Origin: Candidatus Latescibacterota bacterium
Lineage (GTDB): Bacteria; Latescibacterota; UBA2968; UBA8231
Assembly: GCA_963422735.1 (NCBI GenBank)
Contig: OY730476.1
Span: 2,848,001-2,912,000, forward strand
DNA length: 64,000 nt
Reading direction: 5' to 3'
Part shown: positions 1-8,660 of the stretch, piece after piece
Position numbering within the stretch: position 1 is the stretch's first letter
Layout of the letters: each line of letters opens with the position of its first letter
Translations under genes and position numbers: made by a program
Notes under the pieces: generated by a model
Database searches by the model: none
Told to the model about the DNA's origin: nothing
Seen by the model: only the letters and a program-made list of their open reading frames with translations

Positions 1-486
1 ACGGTAGTAATACCCATAGCGGCCCCGCACCTTGCCTCCCGCAACGCCGATGACGTCCGGCAAGACCGCCGGATAACTTTCGCGCCCGTCGTTGTGTTCG
101 GCCGCTACCAGAATGACGCCGGCTTCGCGAGCTTGGCGACAGACATCGGCGAGCCCGTCGCGGAAAGCAACATCCGTCGTGCCCAAGCTGAGGTTGACCA
201 CATCCATCCGCTGCTCAATCGCCCAGCGGATCGCCGCGAGGAGAAAGGGAGGGTCGGCCGTTAGGGATTCATCGAAGAGGCGAACATCGTACAAAGTTGC
301 GGTCGGCGCGATCTGGAGAATAATGCCCGCGCAAGCCGTGCCGTGACCCGCACCAACCGCCGCTTGCCGAGGCACCGAATCGAGGCACACCTCGTGAACC
401 GCGCCGATCTTTTCGTGTGTCGAGTCAATACCCGAGTCGATGATCGCGACGCGGACGGGATGATCAGATTGATTCGTCAAGAGCAT
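1..486 (-). CDS. S8 (subtilase) family serine peptidase, 5' part; continues past the left edge
   Basis: Manual translation from ATG at 486: MLLTNQSDHPVRVAIIDSGIDSTH...GAGHGTACAGII...DVVNLSLG...VILVAAEHNDGRESYPAVLPDVIGVAGG. Catalytic Asp (DSG) and His (HGT) motifs are present. No stop before position 1. Not in the supplied ORF track. Confidence 0.9.
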   Translation of the reverse strand, partial: MLLTNQSDHPVRVAIIDSGIDSTHEKIGAVHEVCLDSVPRQAAVGAGHGTACAGIILQIAPTATLYDVRLFDESLTADPPFLLAAIRWAIEQRMDVVNLSLGTTDVAFRDGLADVCRQAREAGVILVAAEHNDGRESYPAVLPDVIGVAGGKVRGRYGYYYR

Positions 487-527
487 CTTTTTGGTATGCG
501 TGACGCAGGCCACATTCAGGGTTACTA

Positions 528-1393
528 CTACTCTCGGTTAAAGTAGAAGGTTAATTCTGGCTTTTGGCGGGCGCGTATGGCAATCGTTGAATCCATGCCA
601 ATCGCCGTCGCTAAGTCCGCTCTGGCCAACGCCGTTTCACCGCGCCAGCGCGAATGCGGGCTCTATAATACCACGCAACACCGGTTTCGTCGTCGAGGGA
701 TACCGCCCGATTCAGCGCGTCAATTCCTTCGTCTAGTCGGCCTGTACCGATAAAGAGCATGCTGCGCTTGATCCACGACGCGAGGTGATCCGGGTCGTGC
801 TGCAACGCGGCCGCAAGGGCCGCTTCAGCAGCCTCATAATCCTTTTCTTGCATGTGGAGCGAACCAATACGTCCCCAGAAATGCGCCAAATGGGCGTCCG
901 TGGAATCGGCGACCAAGCAGGTTTTGTAAACCTGTACGGCTTCCTCTACATGTCGTAGATCGCGTAGAAGATCGCCCGTTCGCTGGCATAATCCCACGTT
1001 TTTGGGGTCTAAGCGGAACGCCGCAGAATAAAATGCTAGTGCTTGAACTGAATCCTTCATGGCCAGACAGGCATCGCCCTTGCTCTTCCACAGCCAAGGA
1101 TCGTTTTCGTCATATCGCAGAGCCGTATTCAGCGCGTCGAGCGCACGGCGGGGATCCTCCAGCGATAGGTAACCCTTTGCAAGTGCTTTCCAAGTGCGCA
1201 ACGAATCACCTTCTAAAGCAAGCACTTGTTCATAAGCGCGAAGGGCCATCCGGTATTCACGATTCGCCATAAGTCGGTCTCCGTGTTGCAAGTAGGTATC
1301 TCCATCCGATAGATCATACCTTACTATTATGTACAACAGTGAAAGAATAGTTATGGCATTGATCACCACAGTAGAGACGATCCAGTTTTTCAC
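528..1393 (-). CDS. Membrane-anchored TPR protein with a probable frameshift near 645
   Basis: ORF 611..1393 has an N-terminal TM helix and TPR repeats. An alternative frame from about 645 continues RGETALARADLATAIGMDSTIAIRARQKPELTFYFNRE* to 528, which reads as a TPR capping helix. Confidence 0.75.
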
Positions 1394-2133
1394 AACACAG
1401 GATTCAACCTATAAACGCTAGATGAGAAGACCACTTCTGCTACTATATTGGCAACGCCGTGTAGCACAACACAGGATCCAATTGAACGAGATCGTTCATA
1501 GTACATAACAAGCACGAGACCCAGTCCTAAATGGGGTAAGAGTGCTAAAATCTTCCCTTCCATGTTGTAGTGACATAATGCAAACAGTACGACATTTGCC
1601 ACAACAGCCCATACAAAAGGCAAATGCCTTTTGAGATAGGGATACAGAAGACCTCTAAATAGCCATTCCTCTACTAAGGGAATGACGATGACACCCTGTA
1701 ATACTCTTATAATTGATAAATCGATTAGGTGCATCACCGGAGGGATATAACCGGCCGATCTAGATAGATTCGCTGGAACCGTAATCAACACGACTAGGAG
1801 AACAGCCAGCCAGACCCCCGTACCCATACCATATAGAGATAGCTTGATTTGCTTAGGCACGGTTCCTACCATGAGATGATAACAGGTAAGCATCAAAACC
1901 ATAGCGGCCGCATGGGAACCAAAAAGGTAGATCGTGACGACTTTCATATCCCGCAACAGCAAGGATTCCTCAGCCCAGTTATCGACATAAGTGTTCCTGA
2001 GTGCAACAAAAAAGAATAAAGTGGCGAACTGTAGGACGACCAAGATGAGGTTCCATGGACACTCCCATTCTTGCTTTCGCATGGTGTCCCAAGTGTTGAG
2101 CACGGTTCTATAGACTGATCTCATGGTATGCAC
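1390..2133 (-). CDS. CPBP (CAAX/Abi) family intramembrane glutamic endopeptidase
   Basis: Motifs PLVEEWLFRG, FALCH and VVLHGVAN; multiple TM segments. Confidence 0.9.
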   Translation of the reverse strand: MHTMRSVYRTVLNTWDTMRKQEWECPWNLILVVLQFATLFFFVALRNTYVDNWAEESLLLRDMKVVTIYLFGSHAAAMVLMLTCYHLMVGTVPKQIKLSLYGMGTGVWLAVLLVVLITVPANLSRSAGYIPPVMHLIDLSIIRVLQGVIVIPLVEEWLFRGLLYPYLKRHLPFVWAVVANVVLFALCHYNMEGKILALLPHLGLGLVLVMYYERSRSIGSCVVLHGVANIVAEVVFSSSVYRLNPVL

Positions 2134-2196
2134 AACACACTCTAAGTACTGACAGGATCCCCTATTTATAAGGATCCTTATGATCCTGACAGATGC

Positions 2197-2526
2197 TCAA
2201 TCCTTGCCTTTGCGCCCTGTTTGCGCTTGCAATAAAGGTGCGCCTCCCAAGGCTTCCTGTTCGAGCGAAATGTTCGGATCGATGAACCATTCGACCGGCT
2301 GGCCATACAGATCGGCAAGACGGATCAGCTCTGGCGTGAAGACGGGCCGCTCACCTGATTCAATGCGGCTGATCGTGGATTGGTCGCGACCGAGCTTCGC
2401 ATAGGCGGTCTCTTGGCTGATCTGCCGGCGTTTGCGTACAAAGCGCAATCGCCGACCGATCTCTTCGGGGGTTATGGGCATAATAGATGCTCCGGGCATT
2501 GGATGTGGAAGGTATGGCATGGCCAA
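2197..2526 (-). CDS. XRE-family helix-turn-helix regulator (start probably at MPITPEEIG)
   Basis: IGRRLRFVRKRRQISQE...QSTISRIESGER HTH_3 pattern. Confidence 0.85.
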   Translation of the reverse strand: MAMPYLPHPMPGASIMPITPEEIGRRLRFVRKRRQISQETAYAKLGRDQSTISRIESGERPVFTPELIRLADLYGQPVEWFIDPNISLEQEALGGAPLLQAQTGRKGKD

Positions 2527-2562
2527 AATAGCGAAGGCTCGTTTTATGGAAGAAGGCTGAGT

Positions 2563-3474
2563 TCAGGGGCCTAGACCTCCAGCGAGGATGTCAGTTGCGA
2601 GGTAAATGAGGGCGTTTGTGCATCCATGAACGGCGGTGCATACGATCAGAGATCGCGTCCGTTCGTAAATAAGAGCCAAGGCTACACCTACTATAAAGGC
2701 AGGCACTAGTCTTGCCGGATCTAGGTGAACCAAGGCGAAAATCAACGAAGAGATCAATGTAGCCTTGAGCAAGCTAGTCTGCTGACGTAGAGCAGAAAAG
2801 AAAAGCCGGCGAAAAATGAGCTCTTCGACAAAAGGAAGTAAGATGATTAAAGATAGAACGTGTAAAACTATAAGCGTCGCAGGATAATCAAGTACGAAGG
2901 TTCGTTCTATCCTACTAGGGTGCAACAAATATAGATAGCTAATCCATACTGGACTGAGCATTAAAGACCAGAATACATAGAGCCGATCTCTAGGACGATT
3001 TACATACCGCCACTGATAGTAAACGGCGATAGGCTCAATACTGCTGTGTTTCTTGATAGCAATCCTAATCACAACAATAGCACCTATCCCCATTCCCACA
3101 GACCTTGAAGCTCTCATACCAGAATCAAAATCAAATTGGGCTATATTTATTGCAATAATTAGAATACAAAATACAACTATATACAAAGACGCACCCTTAA
3201 AATTGTGAGTGAATATGTAGGGCAGAATTACCAAATAGAACAAGGCTCCCAATAGAGTGCTTATAGTAATCTGATATTCTCGATATAGATCAAATCTATC
3301 TGTTGAGTAGTTCGTATCTACACCCATCTGATGTACGATAGACTCAAACAGTACTGCAGCCATACCAGTTGTGTGTCTGACCAGTAGGCCGGTTAGACAT
3401 CCGATCACGACGATACGGGTTATGGTCATAGAATTACCCAAAGCGGAACAAGTGTTGGTGTTGCCAAACTTCAA
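2563..3474 (-). CDS. CPBP (CAAX/Abi) family intramembrane endopeptidase with an extended N-terminal TM region
   Basis: Motifs PFVEELIFRR, FALVH and AVHGCTN; strongly AT-rich coding sequence. Confidence 0.9.
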   Translation of the reverse strand: MKFGNTNTCSALGNSMTITRIVVIGCLTGLLVRHTTGMAAVLFESIVHQMGVDTNYSTDRFDLYREYQITISTLLGALFYLVILPYIFTHNFKGASLYIVVFCILIIAINIAQFDFDSGMRASRSVGMGIGAIVVIRIAIKKHSSIEPIAVYYQWRYVNRPRDRLYVFWSLMLSPVWISYLYLLHPSRIERTFVLDYPATLIVLHVLSLIILLPFVEELIFRRLFFSALRQQTSLLKATLISSLIFALVHLDPARLVPAFIVGVALALIYERTRSLIVCTAVHGCTNALIYLATDILAGGLGP

Positions 3475-3492
3475 AAATTCTTCCCAGATGTA

Positions 3493-3522
3493 TAGGGCTG
3501 AGGCCTTGAGGCCTCAGCCCTA
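3493..3522 (-). terminator. Perfect hairpin downstream of the precursor-like ORF (terminator/attenuator or mRNA stabiliser)
   Basis: TAGGGCTGAGGCCT-TG-AGGCCTCAGCCCTA, a 14-bp perfect inverted repeat 16 nt after the stop at 3539. No clear U-tract. Confidence 0.6.
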
Positions 3523-3538
3523 ACGTTAGTCCCGACCC

Positions 3539-3949
3539 CTAATAACTTCCAGCCTGAGCGTTGTTGTGGTCGTCTGCATATGGGTCATTACAGGTGCCCC
3601 CATAATACCCACCATTATTACTGCCACTCGGAGGTATAGACCCTGCCGAACTCGAACCGCTGTTCTCCGTAGCCCAATCCCAAACATCTTCTGCGGCATC
3701 CGCTATGGCATTCCCCGCTTCCTCTAACGCGTGGGTAATCTGTTCCTCTGCTTCGGAGGCCCATACGACTAGGGCAACACCAGCACCAACGACTGGATTT
3801 GCAGTGGCTGCGGTAGCCGCAGCACCAATTGCCGCAACCGTACATCCGTGTTTCACGTCGTGCAAGTCGAGTCCGTCCTTTTCGTTGTGACAAGCCTCTA
3901 TGGCTTTAGTATCGTAAACCCTCCGAGGGGGTTTGCAGAGAATCTGCAT
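3539..3949 (-). CDS. Putative bacteriocin/RiPP precursor-like secreted peptide
   Basis: 136 aa with a strong RBS (GGAGG-AAACAC-ATG). Basic leader ending KAIEAC, an Ala/Gly/Val hydrophobic stretch, an acidic amphipathic segment and a Ser/Gly/Asn tail. Sits between an ABC exporter and CPBP genes. Confidence 0.6.
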   Translation of the reverse strand: MQILCKPPRRVYDTKAIEACHNEKDGLDLHDVKHGCTVAAIGAAATAATANPVVGAGVALVVWASEAEEQITHALEEAGNAIADAAEDVWDWATENSGSSSAGSIPPSGSNNGGYYGGTCNDPYADDHNNAQAGSY

Positions 3950-4125
3950 GTGTTTCCTCCGTTTTAATGGGTGGTTTTTATTAAACTTGTGAAGATACGG
4001 TGCTATGCATTGTACGACTCACTCCTTTCTCCTATGGGGCTGCATAGCTGTGTACCCCGCTGTGTACGTGTGCATCGGATTATGCCTCGCAAGCATCCTC
4101 CTGATGAACGCCTTGCGAAAACCCT

Positions 4126-5841
4126 TCATATCCGCGCCATTTTGTCAAACAACGCGGCATAAGCTCCGCCGGTGTTCAGCAGCCAATCGTGGGTCCCTTG
4201 TTCGGCTACGCTTCCGCTTTCCAATACGACGATCTGATCGGCCGCTCGAATGGTTGACAGACGATGGGCAACGATGATCGTGGTGCGCCCTTCCTGCACC
4301 GTCTTGAGTGCCTCGTGAATGTGGTATTCCGACTCCGCATCCAAGGCCGAAGTCGGTTCGTCCAAAATCAGAATGGGCGTATCCATCAACAGAACGCGTG
4401 CCAGCGCAATGCGCTGCCTTTGTCCCTCGGAAAACTTGACGCCCTGTTCTCCAACTAGGGTATCGTATCCCTGGGGCAGAGTAGTTATAAAGTCATGGAT
4501 ATAAGCAGCACGGGCAGCGTCCTCTATCGTCCTAAGAGGAATATCCTGATTAAACGCCAAGTTCTCTTTAATGCTGCCCTGAAACAGAGTACTTCCCTGT
4601 AAGGCAAAGCCGATCTGCCGCCGCAGCGACGGCAAGCGAAACGCCCGGATGTCCTGCCCGTCAATGGCGACACTGCCTTCTGTCGGGTCATAAAATCGGG
4701 GGACCAACTTGGCCAACGTCGATTTTCCTGACCCGCTTCTGCCTACTAAGGCTGTCGTCGTACCCGCTTCGATAACCAAATTGATCCGCCGCAAGACCGG
4801 GTGCTGGCCATCGTAGGATAAACTCAGTTCATTGAATTCAACTTGACCCGCCGTAATCGTGAGTGGCGGTGCTTTGGGATCATCTTGGATGGCCGGACGT
4901 ATGTGGTAGATTTCAAAAAAGCGGTTGATATGCACCAGAGTCAGTTCAATACTGCGAATGAGCTCGATTAAATTCTTGATCGGCCCATAGAGAAAACCCA
5001 CGTACGCCGTGAAGGCCATAAAACTACCCAAGGACAAATTCCCCGAAAGAATCTGTGCCCAACCGTACCAGCTATAGGCCAAGGTCCCGCTCGTATTAAT
5101 GAGCCCTCCAACAAACCCCGATCCACCCGAAAATAGAGCCGACCGGACGCGAAGGTTGGCGAGGACAGTGAAGAGGCCCTCCAGTTTCTCGTAAAACCTC
5201 GCTTCCAATCCTAGCGCCTGCACGGTCCGAATACCGTTGAGCGACTCATAGTTCTTCGCCGATAGCTCAGCGGAACGCTCCGCGATTTTCTCGGAGAAAC
5301 GGCGCATATACTTGCGGGTAATAACCACAAGCAATGTATCGAAAGGCAAAACAGCTATACTGATAAGTGCTAACTTCCAGTTGATGTAGAATAGAATCGG
5401 CGGGAAGATCAGTAGCTGAAGGGAGTTCATAATGAAGGTGTTTATGATGCGGATTACGCTGCTAATAGAACTCCTCATATCCCTGAAACGCGAGAGGATT
5501 TCCCCGGTCTCTTTCTGATCGAAAAAACTAAAATCGAGCGACCGTACATGTCGATAGAAAAGAGATTGGAAATCGAAACCAAGACGTACACCCACGCATT
5601 GGCCAAAATAGCTACTAAGGAAACTCACGCCTCCCAATCCTGTGGAAACAGCGGCCCCAAGCAGCAGAGCAAACGCTAGTAAATTCCAATCTTTATGAGG
5701 ATACACATCGTCAATGAGTATTTTTGTGAAATACGGTCCTGGTATCTGCAACAACAAGACCAAGACACCGACTAGTAGAGACTGAGCGATATAGCGCCAG
5801 TACGGTCGCAAAAGCCGTATGATCTGTATAATTTCATTCAT
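4126..5841 (-). CDS. ABC exporter (TMD + NBD), peptide/protein export type, no C39 peptidase domain
   Basis: Six-TM N-terminal half; Walker A GRSGSGKS, signature FSEGQRQR, Walker B ILILDE, H-loop VAHR. Confidence 0.95.
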   Translation of the reverse strand: MNEIIQIIRLLRPYWRYIAQSLLVGVLVLLLQIPGPYFTKILIDDVYPHKDWNLLAFALLLGAAVSTGLGGVSFLSSYFGQCVGVRLGFDFQSLFYRHVRSLDFSFFDQKETGEILSRFRDMRSSISSVIRIINTFIMNSLQLLIFPPILFYINWKLALISIAVLPFDTLLVVITRKYMRRFSEKIAERSAELSAKNYESLNGIRTVQALGLEARFYEKLEGLFTVLANLRVRSALFSGGSGFVGGLINTSGTLAYSWYGWAQILSGNLSLGSFMAFTAYVGFLYGPIKNLIELIRSIELTLVHINRFFEIYHIRPAIQDDPKAPPLTITAGQVEFNELSLSYDGQHPVLRRINLVIEAGTTTALVGRSGSGKSTLAKLVPRFYDPTEGSVAIDGQDIRAFRLPSLRRQIGFALQGSTLFQGSIKENLAFNQDIPLRTIEDAARAAYIHDFITTLPQGYDTLVGEQGVKFSEGQRQRIALARVLLMDTPILILDEPTSALDAESEYHIHEALKTVQEGRTTIIVAHRLSTIRAADQIVVLESGSVAEQGTHDWLLNTGGAYAALFDKMARI

Positions 5842-6209
5842 CTGTTGCTTTTCGGCCCGACCCCTCCATCTCTGGATCGCGCTGTAAGTTCGCCTACCTT
5901 TTTCTCATCAAAGTAGCTAAAGCTCAAGCCACTCAGATGTTGATATAGGCCATAACCAACTCCGATACCTACACGCATACTGAGATTGTGGTCAAAATAG
6001 CCGCGCAAATGGCTGACCAATCCCGTCATTACTGCTACGCCGGCATTGAAAACGAGGACGAATTCCAGCAGGCTAACACTCTTGGATGGGTAAACATTGT
6101 CGATAAGAATTTTCGTGACGTAGGGTGGTATCAAGGCAATCAGTGCTAAAAGGCCACTCACGGCTACAGATTTCATCATCAACCCTCGATGAGCCCGTAT
6201 CAGTGCCAT
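5838..6209 (-). pseudogene. Truncated N-terminus of a second ABC exporter subunit
   Basis: From ATG 6209: ...PPYVTKILIDNVYP...LSFSYFDEKKVGELTAR aligns with PYFTKILIDDVYP...LDFSFFDQKETGEILSR of the next gene, then stops after about 120 aa. Confidence 0.8.
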
Positions 6210-7468
6210 TCCCCTAAGGTACTCGTCATCTCCGCTGACTCCTGCCGATGGAAATCGTGTCTCGCCACCGGCTCCACAGACTGCAACAGCTTCTTCCACA
6301 ACAGCTCCACGATCCTTCCCCTCTCTACCACCACCTTAACCTCGGCATTCATCCCATACGCCAGCGCATACACCTGCTTCCCATCCCACACCTGCGGATC
6401 GCGAATCGACACTTTTATTGGATAGACGGTGCCCTCCGCAGCGTTTCCCACCACCGGCACAGCCGATACCGCTTCCACCGTCCCCTCAAACACCTTGTAT
6501 TCCGTATGCGGAAACGCATTCACATACAGACGCGCCGGCTGCCCGATCTCTATCTTGGGCAGGTCGGTTTCCTTAACCATAATCCGCGCTAGCCACCCAT
6601 CGGTCTGAGCTAATTCGAGAATCGCTTCTCCCTCTTGGAGACGATCCCCCACCCGCTGCTCCAACTGACCCGCCAGCACCGTGCCCGCCGCCGGTGCCCG
6701 GATCGTGTGCTTGGCCAGTCGGTTTTCCAACCGCCGGCGTTCCTGCTCTATCTTCTCGCGCTGTTTTTCCAAGGTGTGGAGTTCGGCTGCTCGTCCTTCC
6801 ACGGCCTGAAGCCGCTGCTGGATTCGTTCCAGATCGGCTTCTGCCTGCTGCAACAGGGCGTTGCTCAGCCGCACCGGCAGTAGTTGCTCCAATGGCTGGC
6901 GTACCACACGGACGGGCAACACACCGGCCGAGTAGATGCTTTGTTCGGCCACGACCTGCTCCTGTTGGATGCGCATTCGCTCTACTTGCCGCTGGGCATG
7001 GGCGACCTCGGCGTGCCTAATGTTGCGCTCTTGCTCCATCTGCTGCTGAATGGCTCGCTGCTGGCTCTGGTTTACTTCGAGGTCCTTTTCTGTTTTTTGT
7101 AGTTGGATCCGCCAGTCAGTATCGTCGAGCGTGACCAACGGCTGCCCCTTTTCTACCGGCTGCCCCTGTCGGACGTGTATCTGCTGGATGATCCCCGCGA
7201 TCTCGGCCTTGACCCGATGCCGATGCCGCGGCTCGATGACGCCCTTGCCCTCCACGGTCATATCCATGCTGAAATGCCAGCTCAACATGCCGGCGAGCAC
7301 CAGCAAGCACCCCACCAACATCAGAATCACCAAGAGAAAGGAGCGCACGAAACGGAAGCCTGGTCCGTGGAATTCTTCCCCTATACTCAGGACAGTGCGG
7401 CGGCGATCCTGCAATGAGGGACGGTCGTTTTGCACCAGCACTTGGGATTCAGCGGTTAGAGCCGGCAT
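6200..7468 (-). CDS. HlyD-family secretion membrane-fusion protein
   Basis: N-terminal TM, lipoyl half-motifs (VRQGQPVEKGQPL, IRAPAAG), long coiled coil, YKVFEGTV and YGMNAEV beta-barrel segments. Confidence 0.9.
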   Translation of the reverse strand: MPALTAESQVLVQNDRPSLQDRRRTVLSIGEEFHGPGFRFVRSFLLVILMLVGCLLVLAGMLSWHFSMDMTVEGKGVIEPRHRHRVKAEIAGIIQQIHVRQGQPVEKGQPLVTLDDTDWRIQLQKTEKDLEVNQSQQRAIQQQMEQERNIRHAEVAHAQRQVERMRIQQEQVVAEQSIYSAGVLPVRVVRQPLEQLLPVRLSNALLQQAEADLERIQQRLQAVEGRAAELHTLEKQREKIEQERRRLENRLAKHTIRAPAAGTVLAGQLEQRVGDRLQEGEAILELAQTDGWLARIMVKETDLPKIEIGQPARLYVNAFPHTEYKVFEGTVEAVSAVPVVGNAAEGTVYPIKVSIRDPQVWDGKQVYALAYGMNAEVKVVVERGRIVELLWKKLLQSVEPVARHDFHRQESAEMTSTLGEWH

Positions 7469-8112
7469 CTTCTAACTCCACGCGCTGAAAACAAGGCCCA
7501 GAGCACGAGCCGCCCAAGGTTCCTTTTGTATGAGGAAGGTTCACACCGTTGGTGCCTGCGAGCAACCGCGCATATCGGCGCACACGCAGAGACTCCCAAG
7601 GCATACGGTGCTGCGGCAATAGAGCCGTATAGACTGCTGCTAACCCGGCACCGAATGGAGCACCGGACGTCAGTAAAGCAATCGTCCGGCCCTTGATGGA
7701 ACTTAAGAGATTGTAGCCTAGTGGCTGAAAAATTGAGGGGGGGAGGGAGGGGGAATGGTGGTAAATTTTTGTTTTTTAACGATCTATGGCATCTATTTAA
7801 GGCGAAACCTTGGCACTGGAAATAGGATGAGGTCATTGCGGCAGGCTTTGCTTGCAGCAACGTCATCTCAAATGTGGGGTGATTTATCATCTTCCAGTTC
7901 GTCCTCCGACGGGCGGAACAACCTGTTCCGCTTCAGGGCTACAAGCACAAGGAAACGCCAAAAGGTTTGTCAAGAGAAAATTTTCGCTGGGTTTTGCGAC
8001 GCCGCGGCTGAAGGCGTCAGCGTCAATGCGGGCTGCGAGCCAGTCGGGAACGCAGTTCTGAGCCATCCCTCCTACCTCCCCAAGTGCCCCAGTGACCCGC
8101 TTCTAGGAGCGG

Positions 8113-8140
8113 TTGACAGTAGTACGGCGGGAGATACATT
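8113..8140 (+). promoter_or_regulatory. Candidate sigma70 promoter for the dtd operon
   Basis: TTGACA-N16-TACATT about 75 nt upstream of the dtd start. Confidence 0.35.
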
Positions 8141-8216
8141 TAATTTTTATGGTCGATTTCCTTGGCAAATTTTTCCAGATGCCGACGGCGTCCCCGCTGA
8201 TCTTGCACTCCCTCCC

Positions 8217-8660
8217 GTGAAAGTCCTCGTCCAGCGCGTCAGCCAAGCTAGCGTCCATGTAGATGGCGAGCTCCACGGCCAAATCGGCCAAGGCTTGCTC
8301 CTACTCGTCGGCTTCGGCCCTAACGACGGCGACCAAGCCCTGCGCTTCTGCGCTGAAAAGTGCGCTCACCTGCGCATCTTTGCCGACGACCAAGGCAAGA
8401 TGAATCGCTCGGTCCTCGACATTGGCGGCGGCGTACTCGCCATTTCGCAGTTTACCCTGTACGGCGACTGCCGCAAGGGCCGCCGCCCGAGCTTCGTCCA
8501 AGCCGCCCCACCCCCGGTTGCCCAGTCCCTCTACGAGCACTTTCTCGACCTCCTCGCCGAACAAGGCTTGTCGCCCCAACGCGGCGTCTTCGGCGCTTAC
8601 ATGCAGGTTGAGATTCACAACGACGGCCCAGTCACCTTGATGGTGGAGTCGCCAGCGTGA
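8217..8660 (+). CDS. dtd: D-aminoacyl-tRNA deacylase
   Basis: GTG start KVLVQRV; SQFTL and NDGPVT motifs. Confidence 0.95.
   Translation: MKVLVQRVSQASVHVDGELHGQIGQGLLLLVGFGPNDGDQALRFCAEKCAHLRIFADDQGKMNRSVLDIGGGVLAISQFTLYGDCRKGRRPSFVQAAPPPVAQSLYEHFLDLLAEQGLSPQRGVFGAYMQVEIHNDGPVTLMVESPA

Noticed and set aside
92-546. Plus-strand ORFs 92..346 and 343..546
   Set aside because: They are antisense shadows of the S8 protease reading frame.
3960-4125. Extra tiny precursor ORFs between the ABC gene and the precursor (MLARHNPM..., MHSTVSSQV)
   Set aside because: Very short, with no leader similarity or notable composition; cannot be supported.
7469-8100. ncRNA or riboswitch in the long intergenic region
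   Set aside because: Only small hairpins (for example GCGGAACA/TGTTCCGC); no recognisable family motif. An Rfam scan would be needed.
7755-8216. Long N-terminal extension of Dtd (301-aa ORF)
   Set aside because: Dtd similarity begins at GTG 8217; the upstream part is non-conserved and contains a promoter-like sequence.
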